From an uncultured Syntrophaceae bacterium (GTDB lineage: Bacteria > Desulfobacterota > Desulfomonilia > Desulfomonilales > Desulfomonilaceae): DNA of 64,000 nucleotides. The position numbers and the translations under genes were made by a program. Of this stretch, positions 1 to 9,774 are shown piece by piece; the stretch's first letter is position 1, and the number at the start of each line of letters is the position of its first letter. The stretch lies in contig CAZVOU010000125.1 in NCBI GenBank assembly GCA_964628605.1, positions 68,120 to 132,119 on the forward strand. Reading direction: 5' to 3'. Below the pieces are notes generated by a model. That model was not told the DNA's origin. It saw nothing but the letters and a program-made list of their open reading frames with translations, and made no database searches.

Positions 1-268
1 TCGGTATCTTCCAGAAACTACGAGGACTGGGTCTTTGCATACCGATGACGAACTTTCCCGGTTTGCCGGTCGAATCGGTCGAATCTGCTATCACTGCCGC
101 CATTACGGCGCCCACAAATCCCAGGCCGACGACTACAACAATTTCACGTCCTAGTTCTCTGTTGAGTTTGACCAAAGATTCCAGGCGTTCATATTCAATT
201 TGAAAATCTTGCTCAACGGGGACCGGGAACTTTTCACCATCAGGGCTAATTGAGAATTCTCTGTTCAT
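1..268 (-). CDS. nucleotide-sugar dehydrogenase (UDP-glucose/GDP-mannose dehydrogenase family), N-terminal part only; gene runs off the window edge
   Basis: Hand translation of the minus strand from ATG 268-266: MNREFSISPDGEKFPVPVEQDFQIEYERLESLVKLNRELGREIVVVVGLGFVGAVMAAVIADS... Rossmann GxGxxG (GLGFVG) at the position typical of this family. GAGGA lies 7 nt upstream of the ATG. Absent from the ORF track because there is no stop inside the window. Confidence 0.55.
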   Translation of the reverse strand, partial: MNREFSISPDGEKFPVPVEQDFQIEYERLESLVKLNRELGREIVVVVGLGFVGAVMAAVIADSTDSTGKPGKFVIGMQRPSPRSFWKIP

Positions 269-519
269 GCACTTTCCTCATTCAGTGGGATTGTTACTAA
301 TGTCTCAGGGAATTTACGCCGACAAACCTGAACCTGGTACCCCATGGAGAAACCAGGGGCAACTTTTCTCAACTGATGCAGTCTATTTTATCAATGGAAT
401 CCAATTCACAAGATAAGATGCCTTCGATGATTTAGTCAAGGATAAATGCCGTTGAAGATCAGAGTCCTATGTGGTAGTTTAAAAGATTAATTGTTAATCC
501 ATTGCAATTCGGAGGAATC

Positions 520-2997
520 ATGGAGTCAAGATATAATCCGGAAGTCATCGAGAGTAAGTGGCAATCTTTTTGGGAAAAAGAGAACGTTTTCGAAGTATCT
601 CTCGATAACAACAAGAAAAAATATTATCTGCTTGAGATGTTCCCCTATCCATCCGGCCGAATTCACATGGGTCATGTCAGAAATTATTGTATCGGGGATG
701 TGGTGGCTAGGTTCAGAATGTCTCAGGGGTTCAACGTGCTTCATCCTATGGGGTGGGACGCTTTCGGAATGCCTGCTGAAAATGCAGCCATCAAGCACGG
801 GTCACATCCTGCCGTCTGGACAATCAACAACATCAACGAGATGAGACGTCAACTCAAGCGGATAGGTCTTTCATACGACTGGAGCAGAGAAATAGCGACA
901 TGCCATCCGGAATATTACCGATGGGAACAATGGCTGTTCATCAGGATGCTTGAGAAAGGGCTTGTTTACAGGAAAAAATCGATTGTGAATTATTGTGAGC
1001 CATGCGCCACGGTTCTGGCCAACGAACAGGTTGAGGACGGCCAATGCTGGAGATGTGGAACAAATGTAATTCAGCGAGAACAGGACGGGTGGTTTTTCAA
1101 AATCACGGCATATGCGCAGGAATTGCTTGATAATTGTGATGAACTGAATGGATGGCCTGAAAAGGTGCTGACCATGCAGCGAAACTGGATTGGGCGAAGC
1201 GAAGGCGCGCGTATCTTCTTCCCACTGGAGAACTCGGAAGAATCAATTGAGGTTTTTACAACCAGGCCTGACACGCTTTATGGGGCGACTTTCATGAGTT
1301 TGGCCCCTGAACATCCCTTGTGCCTGAAACTTTCCAGAGGAACGTCTCAGGAAACGGCTGTCCAGAAATTTGTGAATGAGGCATTAACTCAGGACTGGCA
1401 GACACGCGTGGGAGAAAATGCCGAGAAAAAGGGTGTATTCCTTGGAGCTTATTGCATAAATCCTCTCACAGGCAGAAGGATGCCGATCTACAGCGCAAAT
1501 TTTGTCCTTTTTGACTATGGAACAGGCGCAGTCATGGCGGTGCCGGCCCATGACCAAAGAGATTTTGAATTCGCCAAAAAATACAATCTGGACATTGTGG
1601 TTGTGATTCAACCACCGGACAACGTCCTCGAAGCTGGGAGCATGACTGAGGCTTACGTTGACGAAGGCTTTTTGGTCAATTCCCAGGAATTTGACGGCAT
1701 GGACAATGTCAACGCCAAAAGAGCCATTTGCCAAAAACTCGATCAACTTGGCCGGGGTGGTCTGACGGTAAATTTTAGAATAAGAGACTGGGGAATATCG
1801 AGGCAGAGATACTGGGGCGCCCCCATACCAATCATTCATTGTCCGGATTGCGGAATAGTTCCAACACCTGATGATCAGCTACCGGTGAAGCTCCCGACGG
1901 ACATTGATTTTCCAACTAGCGGCCGATCTCCCTTACCTGATCTGGACTGGTGGGTAAATGTAGATTGTCCAAAATGTGGCAAACCCGCTAAACGGGAAAC
2001 CGACACAATGGATACATTTGTTGAATCTTCCTGGTATTTTGACCGTTACACCTGCCCGAGGTTTGACCAGGGAATTCTCGAACCAGAGCAGTTAAGTTAT
2101 TGGGCTCCTGTCGATCAATACATTGGAGGAATAGAGCACGCCATTCTTCATCTGCTTTATTCACGCTTTTTCACCAAAGCCCTCAGAGATCTGGGAATTA
2201 AATCCCAGGGAGAGCCTTTCCTCAACCTCCTGACTCAGGGCATGGTCATCAAAGATGGCGCCAAGATGTCCAAATCCAAGGGTAACGTGGTAGATCCAGA
2301 GGAACTGATAGACAAATACGGATGTGATACCGTGCGTCTTTTCTGTCTTTTTGCAGCGCCACCCGAACGCGACCTTGAATGGACCTCAGAAGGAGTGGAT
2401 GGCGCCGCCAGGTTCCTGAACAGGGTGTGGGGACTCGCTTTTCAGTTCAAGGACGTCAAACCTGTCACGAACATCTCAGATAATTCTGATCTTGCACGCT
2501 CAATTAGGAGACTGACACACAAGACACTCAAAAAAGTAACTGATGACATCAATAACAGATTCAGATTCAACACAGCCATAGCAGCTATAATGGAATTCTC
2601 CAACGAACTCGGGAAAATCTCCCAATCGCAACTCGACCACTCAGGTGATTTAAGAGACTCGGTTTATCATGCGATTAGAATTCTGGTGTTCATGCTGTCG
2701 CCGTTTACCCCGCATTTCGCAGAAGAATTGTGGCAAAGTCTAGGTGGAAAGAGCGGCATGACAAAATTGCCGTGGCCTGCTCATGATGAATCGATGCTTG
2801 CCGAAGATTCGCTTGCGATAGTAGTTCAGGTCAACGGTAAGAAACGCTCGGAAGTCAGGGTTTCGGTTGACGCCACCGAGGATGAAATCAAGCAGACGGC
2901 CTTGGCGGAATCCAATGTTCAAAAGTTCATAGAGGGACACACCATCAGGAAGATGATAGTGGTTCCAGGTAAACTCTTAAACATCGTTGTAAGTTAG
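520..2997 (+). CDS. leuS: leucyl-tRNA synthetase
   Basis: Long ORF with class I HIGH-type motif (PYPSGRIHMGHVRNY) and KMSKS (GAKMSKSKGN), and LeuRS-like layout throughout. Start moved from track TTG 502 to ATG 520 (MESRYNPEVIE...), which has GGAGG at 511-515. Confidence 0.97.
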   Translation: MESRYNPEVIESKWQSFWEKENVFEVSLDNNKKKYYLLEMFPYPSGRIHMGHVRNYCIGDVVARFRMSQGFNVLHPMGWDAFGMPAENAAIKHGSHPAVWTINNINEMRRQLKRIGLSYDWSREIATCHPEYYRWEQWLFIRMLEKGLVYRKKSIVNYCEPCATVLANEQVEDGQCWRCGTNVIQREQDGWFFKITAYAQELLDNCDELNGWPEKVLTMQRNWIGRSEGARIFFPLENSEESIEVFTTRPDTLYGATFMSLAPEHPLCLKLSRGTSQETAVQKFVNEALTQDWQTRVGENAEKKGVFLGAYCINPLTGRRMPIYSANFVLFDYGTGAVMAVPAHDQRDFEFAKKYNLDIVVVIQPPDNVLEAGSMTEAYVDEGFLVNSQEFDGMDNVNAKRAICQKLDQLGRGGLTVNFRIRDWGISRQRYWGAPIPIIHCPDCGIVPTPDDQLPVKLPTDIDFPTSGRSPLPDLDWWVNVDCPKCGKPAKRETDTMDTFVESSWYFDRYTCPRFDQGILEPEQLSYWAPVDQYIGGIEHAILHLLYSRFFTKALRDLGIKSQGEPFLNLLTQGMVIKDGAKMSKSKGNVVDPEELIDKYGCDTVRLFCLFAAPPERDLEWTSEGVDGAARFLNRVWGLAFQFKDVKPVTNISDNSDLARSIRRLTHKTLKKVTDDINNRFRFNTAIAAIMEFSNELGKISQSQLDHSGDLRDSVYHAIRILVFMLSPFTPHFAEELWQSLGGKSGMTKLPWPAHDESMLAEDSLAIVVQVNGKKRSEVRVSVDATEDEIKQTALAESNVQKFIEGHTIRKMIVVPGKLLNIVVS

Positions 2998-3205
2998 GCG
3001 CCAAATTTTAGTGGCAATAAATCACAAAGCTTGATAATGATCAATCTGGATAGTGTTTTCAACTGGTTATTATCAAGCTCGTTTATTTTGCTTTATAAAA
3101 TTCTAGCGCTTTTCGCCTGGCCTGCCAACTGCGTACATCGGGGATTTCCGCCAGTATTTTTGTAATCAACTGAATGTCAGCGTCCTGAATTAAGAACATA
3201 GGCAA

Positions 3206-3757
3206 TTGCGATCAAAACAAAAATACCTATTTACAAATTTCAGATTGGCGCAAGTTTCTTGTGTCGCCATTTGCCTGATTGCAATGATTGCAGGGTGTGG
3301 TTACCGATTTAACGGAGCCAGAGGGGATTCACCGTTTCCTTCAAATCTCAAAACAATAGCTGTGAACAGCGCAGTCAACAACACTGTCATTACAGGAATT
3401 GAGACGGAACTAACTAACGAAATGCGCAGGGAATATTCATTGGGAACTGCGATGAAGCTCGTTTCGGATGGGGCCGATGTTTCACTAAAGACAGTCATTG
3501 TCTCTTACGAAGACACCCCTTCAGCTTACAGGGCCGACGGTAAAGAACTAACGCGAATCGGAGTATTAAAGGTACACACTGACCTGGAAAAGAACCAGGA
3601 TAGGCAGATTCTTTGGAAACAGGATTTTTCAGCCTCTTACACTTACACCGTCACGGATTCAATAGCCGGGACACTTTCAAACAGACGTAAAGCGATATCT
3701 CAAATGATCCGGGATTTAACCCCAAGGATTCATCGCTCCATGTACAACAATTTTTGA
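3206..3757 (+). CDS. lptE: LPS-assembly lipoprotein LptE (RlpB family)
   Basis: 183 aa, directly downstream of leuS as in the E. coli leuS-lptE arrangement. Lipoprotein signal with basic n-region and lipobox (LIAMIAGC) followed by GYRFNG, as at LptE N-termini. Size fits the family. TTG start. Confidence 0.7.
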   Translation: MRSKQKYLFTNFRLAQVSCVAICLIAMIAGCGYRFNGARGDSPFPSNLKTIAVNSAVNNTVITGIETELTNEMRREYSLGTAMKLVSDGADVSLKTVIVSYEDTPSAYRADGKELTRIGVLKVHTDLEKNQDRQILWKQDFSASYTYTVTDSIAGTLSNRRKAISQMIRDLTPRIHRSMYNNF

Positions 3758-5535
3758 TTGGGGTGTTTGGGCAACTTAAAAAAAATGATCATCTCTCACT
3801 GAAAAATATGACCCAAAAAAAACAACGATATAGCTATCTGCTTCTGGTAATTTTCTCAACCCTGTTCGTCTATGCAATCGGCCATTACTGCGCTCTGACT
3901 AACCCTCATGTCATCAACGATGACGTGCGACAACAGATTTACTGGATGCAAAGATGGCAGGATCCTGAATTGTTTCAGGATGATGTCGTGACACGCTATG
4001 CCGAGAATTATGTTCCAATAGGCGTAAAATCCATCTATTACGTTTTTTCGTGGATCGTGAACCCGGTTCAGTTCAGTAAGGCGCTTACCGGATTTCTTTT
4101 TGTCATCAATGGCGTGCTGTTGTTCATGATTGGAACCAGATTTACCGATGACTTCACCGCCCTTGTCTTTGCTACCTGTTCATTTCTCTTCACCAGTTTC
4201 ATCTCCAAGATATCCGGAGGAATGTCACAAAGTTTCGCTTATCCGATGATGCTGGCTTACCTGTATTTTCTGGCTTCAGAAAATCTTTTCGGCGCAAGCG
4301 TTACCATCATGATCCAATCTATATTCAATCCTTACATTTTTGTTCTATGCGCCTTGACCCATGCCCTCTTCCTTCTCAAGAACTATGGGATGACGTTCCT
4401 CGAGTGGATAAAACATTTTGGGTCGGACCAGCAATTGACCAAAGAGATGTTGAGACTAATTTTGCTGAATGCGCCTGTTTTAATAGGTGTATCTGCGATG
4501 ATCGTCCAACATGTGTTCATGAGAACTCAGGAATTTGGGGATTTAATATCATGGCTGGACATATATGGACACATAGAATATACGGCTTCGGGTCGATATC
4601 AACTTGCCCCTGGACCTGACTTGCTCTGGGAAATATTTAGGCCTGTGGTTCTATTGGTGCTTTTCGACGACTACGGTCTGGTCGCTGGGACAATCAGTGG
4701 AGCGCTGTGCCTGTTGATTGTTTTTTGGGCCATTGCAATCAACAAATGGAGCCTGAACCTCTCAAAACTGTGGTTTCTGGGATACTTCATAGCCGCTTCA
4801 ATAATACTTTACTTCGTTTCCTACGAGATTGTGATGAGGCTGTTCCTGCCTAGACGTTACGTAGAATTTTCTTTCAACCTGATATACGTCATCATTCTGG
4901 CTGCTTGTGTCTCAAGTATAATTAATTCTTTGGATCTCGGCAAATTCACTCTTTTCTGCCTGCTGCTGGTTATTGTAGTAATGGGAGGTCTACGGATTCA
5001 TAATGTCGGAATTTATGACTATTCCAGAGATACAAAGCTGTACGAATTCGTAGCAGATACGCCCAAAAACGTTGTCTTTGCCGGACCTCCGGAAGTGATG
5101 GACAATGTAGTGACCTTTGGCAAGAGGAAGGCGTTTGTAACTTTTGAACTTTCTCACACATGGTTCAGAGAATATTGGACAATAATCAAGCAACGAACCT
5201 TTGACTTTTTTGACGCCTATTATTCCCCAGACCCGAACGAGGTGTTAAGTTTCGCTAAGGAAAACAACATCGACTATCTTATAATAAGAGAGAAGGATTT
5301 CGAGAAGAAAAATATTTCCAAAAGCTTTAAGGGATTCGAGCCTTTCGGCTCCGACAAAAGGTCGATAGCTACTGCACACGGACTTGAAGAGAAAAGCTTC
5401 ATGATCTATTTTGAGCCCTTTCAAACCTACATAACAAATAATTTCAAGAATAACAGCTACTTTGCGGTATTAGACGAGAACTTTTTCAAACCTGTTTTTC
5501 GTGGAGATGGATACCGGGTTATCAAATTGCGCTAA
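3754..5535 (+). CDS. polytopic inner-membrane protein with C-terminal soluble domain; possible GT-C-type glycosyltransferase (function uncertain)
   Basis: 593-aa ORF with many hydrophobic helices over about 400 aa, then a roughly 190-aa hydrophilic C-terminus. An acidic DD pair (HVINDDVRQQ) sits in the first loop after TM1, as in ArnT/PMT-like GT-C enzymes. The track start TTG 3754 overlaps the lptE stop by 4 nt. ATG 3808 (MTQKKQRYSYLLLV...) is an equally plausible start. Confidence 0.6.
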   Translation: MIGVFGQLKKNDHLSLKNMTQKKQRYSYLLLVIFSTLFVYAIGHYCALTNPHVINDDVRQQIYWMQRWQDPELFQDDVVTRYAENYVPIGVKSIYYVFSWIVNPVQFSKALTGFLFVINGVLLFMIGTRFTDDFTALVFATCSFLFTSFISKISGGMSQSFAYPMMLAYLYFLASENLFGASVTIMIQSIFNPYIFVLCALTHALFLLKNYGMTFLEWIKHFGSDQQLTKEMLRLILLNAPVLIGVSAMIVQHVFMRTQEFGDLISWLDIYGHIEYTASGRYQLAPGPDLLWEIFRPVVLLVLFDDYGLVAGTISGALCLLIVFWAIAINKWSLNLSKLWFLGYFIAASIILYFVSYEIVMRLFLPRRYVEFSFNLIYVIILAACVSSIINSLDLGKFTLFCLLLVIVVMGGLRIHNVGIYDYSRDTKLYEFVADTPKNVVFAGPPEVMDNVVTFGKRKAFVTFELSHTWFREYWTIIKQRTFDFFDAYYSPDPNEVLSFAKENNIDYLIIREKDFEKKNISKSFKGFEPFGSDKRSIATAHGLEEKSFMIYFEPFQTYITNNFKNNSYFAVLDENFFKPVFRGDGYRVIKLR

Positions 5536-5699
5536 TTCGAATTCGGAGATTCAAAAAAGATTGCATATTAGTATTTTTGATTCGATTATGTCAAAAATCT
5601 TCAAGAGCTTTTTTCGACAAAACCATTCCAATAAGGTCATTTTTAAGAAATGACCCAGAAATAGAGTTGGGCAATAAATCTAAAAGGGAGGCTTCGGGC

Positions 5700-6635
5700 A
5701 TGCCGAGAAAAAAAATAACCGTGATAGGCGCAGGAAACGTTGGGGCCTCGGTCGCCGCATACGCTTCAGCGCAGGAACTCGGAAATATTTTCCTGGTGGA
5801 CATTCTGGAAGGGATTCCGCAGGGAAAAGGTCTTGATATGTACGAGACAACACCGGTGTTGGGGGTTGACACCAAAGTTGTTGGAGTCAATGACTACGAA
5901 TCCACGGCCGACAGTGATTTGATAATTGTCACTGCCGGAATAGCGCGCAAGCCTGGCATGAGCAGAGATGATTTGCTATCTACAAATGTCAGGATAGTGG
6001 GGGAAGTTACTGAAAAAGCGGCGAAATACTCGCCTGACGCTGTCATGATCGTAGTATCCAACCCCTTGGATGCCATGGTGTACACCGCATGGAGAAAATC
6101 AGGTCTGGCTCCTAGAAAGATTATAGGCATGGCCGGAATACTGGACACAGCGCGCTTCAGAACTTTTATCGCAGATGAAATTGGAGTCTCTGTTGAGGAC
6201 ATAAACGCGTTGGTGCTGGGTGGACACGGCGACACTATGGTCCCGCTAAAAGGAAACTGCTTTGTAGGTGGCGTGCCCGTCACAAAATTCATGTCGGAAG
6301 CCCGTCTCGAAGAATTGGTACAGAGAACGAGGCAAGGTGGAGCTGAAATAGTCGGTCTTTTGAAGACCGGTAGCGCGTATTACGCCCCGGCCGCATCCGC
6401 CGTGCAAATGGCCAAAGCAGTACTCGCGGATAAGAAGAGGCTATTGCCGGTTGCCGCCTACCTCGATGGTGAGTACGGACAGACCGGTCTGTTCGTCGGA
6501 GTGCCCGCCATTCTGGGCTCTGACGGCGTAGAAAAAGTTGTAGAAGTTGATTTAACTCCCGAAGAAAAATCGCTCTTCCAGAAATCCGTAGACGCGGTTA
6601 AGGGTCTCGTTGTCGAAGTGGACCGATTTCTCTAA
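5700..6635 (+). CDS. mdh: malate dehydrogenase (LDH-like family)
   Basis: Rossmann KITVIGAGNVGAS, IARKPGMSRDDL and GGHGDTMVP motifs. Start set to ATG 5700 (MPRKKITVIG) with AAGGGAGG at 5684-5691. The 41 upstream in-frame codons of the track ORF look non-coding. Confidence 0.93.
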   Translation: MPRKKITVIGAGNVGASVAAYASAQELGNIFLVDILEGIPQGKGLDMYETTPVLGVDTKVVGVNDYESTADSDLIIVTAGIARKPGMSRDDLLSTNVRIVGEVTEKAAKYSPDAVMIVVSNPLDAMVYTAWRKSGLAPRKIIGMAGILDTARFRTFIADEIGVSVEDINALVLGGHGDTMVPLKGNCFVGGVPVTKFMSEARLEELVQRTRQGGAEIVGLLKTGSAYYAPAASAVQMAKAVLADKKRLLPVAAYLDGEYGQTGLFVGVPAILGSDGVEKVVEVDLTPEEKSLFQKSVDAVKGLVVEVDRFL

Positions 6636-6684
6636 AAACTTTTTCTCCTGAATATTAAATGGACCTCTAGGGTCGATACCTATT

Positions 6685-6700
6685 TGGCATAAGCATTGCA
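6685..6700 (+). promoter_or_regulatory. sigma-54-type -24/-12 promoter-like element (TGGCAT-N5-TTGCA)
   Basis: TTGGCATAAGCATTGCAT: the GG and GC dinucleotides have the canonical spacing of the TGGCACG-N4-TTGCW consensus. It lies in the mdh-miaB intergenic region, about 40 nt upstream of a hairpin plus T-run. Confidence 0.35.
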
Positions 6701-6739
6701 TATTAATTTGATAACAAACGACTCCTAATCCATACCCTC

Positions 6740-6773
6740 AGCCCTCCTACAAAATAAGGTGGGCTATTTTTTT
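6740..6773 (+). terminator. rho-independent terminator-like hairpin plus T7
   Basis: AGCCCTCC (6740-47) / GGTGGGCT (6758-65), 7 of 8 bp, 10-nt loop, followed by A and TTTTTTT (6767-73). It could terminate mdh (stop at 6635) and/or a short transcript from the sigma-54-like element. Confidence 0.6.
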
Positions 6774-7117
6774 GCCTTTTTCTAATATAAAAACGTATAG
6801 TTAAGTTTGTATGCGTCATTTTTGGCCTACTATGATCAAAATGTGCTGATGCAAAATTTTTTCACAACACATGAAGCGCCTGATGATCGCTAAAACGGGG
6901 GATTTGTTTCTTCAGCACCATTGATCGTCGTAACATATTAATTAATAGATACATTTGTTATGCAGATTATAATTTCAGGTTATGGAAAATTTTGCGCAGT
7001 TATCCACAGGTGGCACTGCGAAAAATTTACTGAACATATTTTGTCACAGGTTTCGTGCTATCATTAGGCCTGCATGCGTATCAATAACATTAGAACTACT
7101 CGGGAGAGACTTGGAAT

Positions 7118-8446
7118 TTGGCTAGAGGATTTTACTATATAGAAACCTACGGTTGTCAGATGAACGTACATGATTCTGAGATCATGTCCTCGTTGCTGGA
7201 GAGCATGGATTTCCTGCCTACAGAGGAGGAAAATCTGGCAAATGTCATAATTGTAAACACTTGCGCTATTCGTGAAAAATCCCAGCACAAGGTTTACAGC
7301 GCGCTTGGCAGATTCCGTCAGGCCAGGAAAGCCAATCCTGAAATGGTCATTGCGGTTGCAGGCTGCGTAGCCCAACAGGAAAAAGACAGGCTCTTAAAAA
7401 CATCCGATCTGGTTGACCTGGTCATTGGGACACATCAGATCGGCGAATTGCCTGACATGATAGAAATGGTCAGACGCGACCGGACGAGGATATCGAAAGT
7501 AGATTTATGCGAGGATGTCAAATCCCTTAATCTCAGAGGCCCCGCCCCCAAAAAGGATCAGATATGCTCTTTTCTCACCATCATGCAAGGCTGCTCAAAT
7601 TTTTGTTCTTACTGCGTGGTGCCACACACCAGAGGACCCGAACAGAGTCGCCCTCTGGAAAAAATTCTTGAAGAGGCGGAATGGTTGGTGGAACGGGGTA
7701 TTAGGGAAATAACTCTTTTGGGCCAGAACGTGAACGCCTATGGACTGGATTTACAGTCAGAAAACAATTTTGCAACCCTTCTTAAGTCGCTTAATGATGT
7801 CAAAAAGCTTGAACGAATTCGTTTTACGACCTCTCACCCCAAGGATTTTGACCTCGAGCTGATTGAAACAATGGCTTCTCTGGACAAGGTTTGTGAGCAT
7901 GTTCACCTCCCCATACAAAGCGGATCTGATCAAGTATTGAAAGCAATGGGCAGAAAGTACAACAGACGTCAATATCTATCAAAGATTGAATGGTTGAGAC
8001 AAAGAATACCCGGAGTAGCCGTAACAACTGACATAATTGTTGGGTTCCCCGGTGAAACCGAGGAGAACTTCCAGGAAACCTTATCCATACTGGATTTAAT
8101 AAAGTATGATCAGATATTTTCTTTCAAATATTCAGTCAGACCAGGAACCGCGGCGGAAAACATCTGCGGACATCTTTCCGAGGAAATTAAAAAGTCTAGG
8201 TTGGCGTTAGTTCATCAAATTCAAGAAAGAATCACGGACTCCTATCACAAGTCCATGGAGGGAACGGTCGTAGAGGTTCTGGTGGAAAAAAATCCTTCGG
8301 AACGGTCAGGCCAGGCTTTCGGTAGAACACGGACCAACAAAATCGTTAATTTTGAATGTTCAAACCGGAATGTCCTGGGACAAACCGTCAAAGTAAAAAT
8401 CGTGGAGGGGCTAAAACATTCCCTACGTGGGGAAGCGCTTGGATAA
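7118..8446 (+). CDS. miaB: tRNA-2-methylthio-N6-dimethylallyladenosine synthase MiaB
   Basis: N-terminal FYIETYGCQMNVHDSE, radical-SAM CxxxCxxC (CSNFCSYC) and a C-terminal TRAM-like domain. TTG start 7118 with GGGAGAG at 7102-08. Confidence 0.93.
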   Translation: MARGFYYIETYGCQMNVHDSEIMSSLLESMDFLPTEEENLANVIIVNTCAIREKSQHKVYSALGRFRQARKANPEMVIAVAGCVAQQEKDRLLKTSDLVDLVIGTHQIGELPDMIEMVRRDRTRISKVDLCEDVKSLNLRGPAPKKDQICSFLTIMQGCSNFCSYCVVPHTRGPEQSRPLEKILEEAEWLVERGIREITLLGQNVNAYGLDLQSENNFATLLKSLNDVKKLERIRFTTSHPKDFDLELIETMASLDKVCEHVHLPIQSGSDQVLKAMGRKYNRRQYLSKIEWLRQRIPGVAVTTDIIVGFPGETEENFQETLSILDLIKYDQIFSFKYSVRPGTAAENICGHLSEEIKKSRLALVHQIQERITDSYHKSMEGTVVEVLVEKNPSERSGQAFGRTRTNKIVNFECSNRNVLGQTVKVKIVEGLKHSLRGEALG

Positions 8447-8465
8447 GAGCTTTCGTGAGAATGGG

Positions 8466-9632
8466 CTATACGTCCTCTGAAACTACCCTGTTTGAAAGAG
8501 CCATTCCAGCTTTTAGAGCCAGCGCAAACCGAAAAGCCGAAGCTTCCAGCAGAATGGGAGCGTGAGAGATACATTCATTCAAGGTTATTGGTCCGGGAGC
8601 AATGCTGGAAAACGCGTCGATACCGTGGCTGAGAATGGATTCAACACCTGATCCCAGACTGCCAGATAAACAAATTGCGACTTTGTTGCATTCTGCGGCC
8701 AATTTCCCTATTCCCGCCGGAGCTTTTCCAAAAGACGTCTGAGAATCCGTCATTCCTTCACCGGTAATAACCAAATCAGCATCCATGATGCGTCGCTTCA
8801 TTTGTGTGGCCTCCAAGATTATCTGGATGCCGGGCTTCAAAACAGCATTGGTAAAAAACAGCAAGCCGGCCCCCATGCCTCCTGCCGCTCCAGCCCCTGG
8901 GACTTCCGCAGCTTCTCGTCCAGTGGCTAACTTGGACATATATGCAAAGTTTTTCAATGCGCCGTCCAGCTCAGGAATCATCTCTGGAGTGGCCCCTTTC
9001 TGTGGACCATACACGGCTGAGGCGCCTCGTGGGCCGCACAATGGATTATCAACATCACATGCGACAACTATTTCAGTTTCATTCACTCGATGATCAATTC
9101 CCGAAAGATCAACTCTCGCAAGATTTCGTAAGGAAAGTCCCCCCCAAGGAAGATCACGTCCCGAAGGATCAAGAAATCTTACGCCCAACGCCTGGGCCAT
9201 TCCGGCGCCGGCATCATTTGTGGCGCTTCCTCCTATACCAAGTATTATTTTTCCGAATCCACGGTGAATAGCGTGCCTGATCAACTCCCCGGTTCCGTAA
9301 GAAGTTGTAACCAGAGGATTGCGATCATTCTTCCCGATCAGTGTCAAACCCGAGGCCGCTGCCATTTCAATTACCGCCGTCCGGCCATCACCCAGAACTC
9401 CGTAAAAAGAATCCACATTTTCCCCTAGGGGACCCTTCACCTTGAGGCGGCGAAGACTTCCTCCAGTGGCGCTAATCAGCGCCTCTACCGTTCCCTCTCC
9501 TCCATCAGCCATTGGAATCTTTTCCACCACTGCCGATTTAAATACCCTCAGAAATCCCTCTGCAATTGCATCAGCCGCTTCAATGGACGTCAGACTTCCC
9601 TTGAAAGAATCCGGAGCAATCAAAATCTTCAT
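8466..9632 (-). CDS. glxK: glycerate kinase
   Basis: 388 aa. The N-terminus MKILIAPDSFKGSL and the ITGEGMTDSQT region are hallmarks of the GlxK/GarK family. Convergent with miaB. Confidence 0.9.
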   Translation of the reverse strand: MKILIAPDSFKGSLTSIEAADAIAEGFLRVFKSAVVEKIPMADGGEGTVEALISATGGSLRRLKVKGPLGENVDSFYGVLGDGRTAVIEMAAASGLTLIGKNDRNPLVTTSYGTGELIRHAIHRGFGKIILGIGGSATNDAGAGMAQALGVRFLDPSGRDLPWGGLSLRNLARVDLSGIDHRVNETEIVVACDVDNPLCGPRGASAVYGPQKGATPEMIPELDGALKNFAYMSKLATGREAAEVPGAGAAGGMGAGLLFFTNAVLKPGIQIILEATQMKRRIMDADLVITGEGMTDSQTSFGKAPAGIGKLAAECNKVAICLSGSLGSGVESILSHGIDAFSSIAPGPITLNECISHAPILLEASAFRFALALKAGMALSNRVVSEDV

Positions 9633-9743
9633 GGCGATTCCCTATCCTGTATTGATTCTTTACCTTTTGGATAAAAAGATGGTAATGTAAATGGTCCTAT
9701 TGAAAAAACCATACTTGCGATTTTATCGGAGATCGAATATCCG

Positions 9744-9774
9744 AAAAAAAAGAAGCCCGACCGATGGGGTCGAG
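9744..9774 (-). terminator. rho-independent terminator of the OMP gene at 9956-11020 (about 180-210 nt downstream of its stop)
   Basis: Minus-strand RNA reads CUCGACC-ccauc-GGUCGGG (7 bp including one G:U) followed by CUUCUUUUUUUU. In the plus-strand RNA the G:U becomes an A:C mismatch, so the hairpin favours the minus orientation. Confidence 0.6.

Noticed and set aside
300-416. A 38-codon ORF plus the hairpin CCTGGT...ACCAGG (333-357) upstream of leuS, considered as a Leu-type leader or attenuator.
   Set aside because: The ORF has no SD and no leucine run. The hairpin is followed by a poor U-tract. The region also has to hold the divergent promoters.
4347-4619. A 90-aa alternative-frame ORF inside the polytopic membrane protein gene.
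   Set aside because: It is a same-strand out-of-frame ORF within a coherent TM-rich reading frame, with no independent support.
5577-5699. N-terminal extensions of track ORFs: mdh 5577, MBL up to 15247, ampG 16323, ppdK 24084, queE 26420, TPR 32439, OMP-B 37844, patatin 40393, lon 45124, Trx-HEAT 49576, TAXI-fusion 49908, DUF2491 51931 and pyrG 63580.
   Set aside because: Internal starts have proper SDs and give N-termini that match the family consensus. The extensions overlap neighbouring genes or promoter regions.
7011-7025. A TGGCAC hexamer upstream of miaB, considered as a second sigma-54 promoter.
   Set aside because: The -12 position reads AAAA instead of TTGC at the required spacing.
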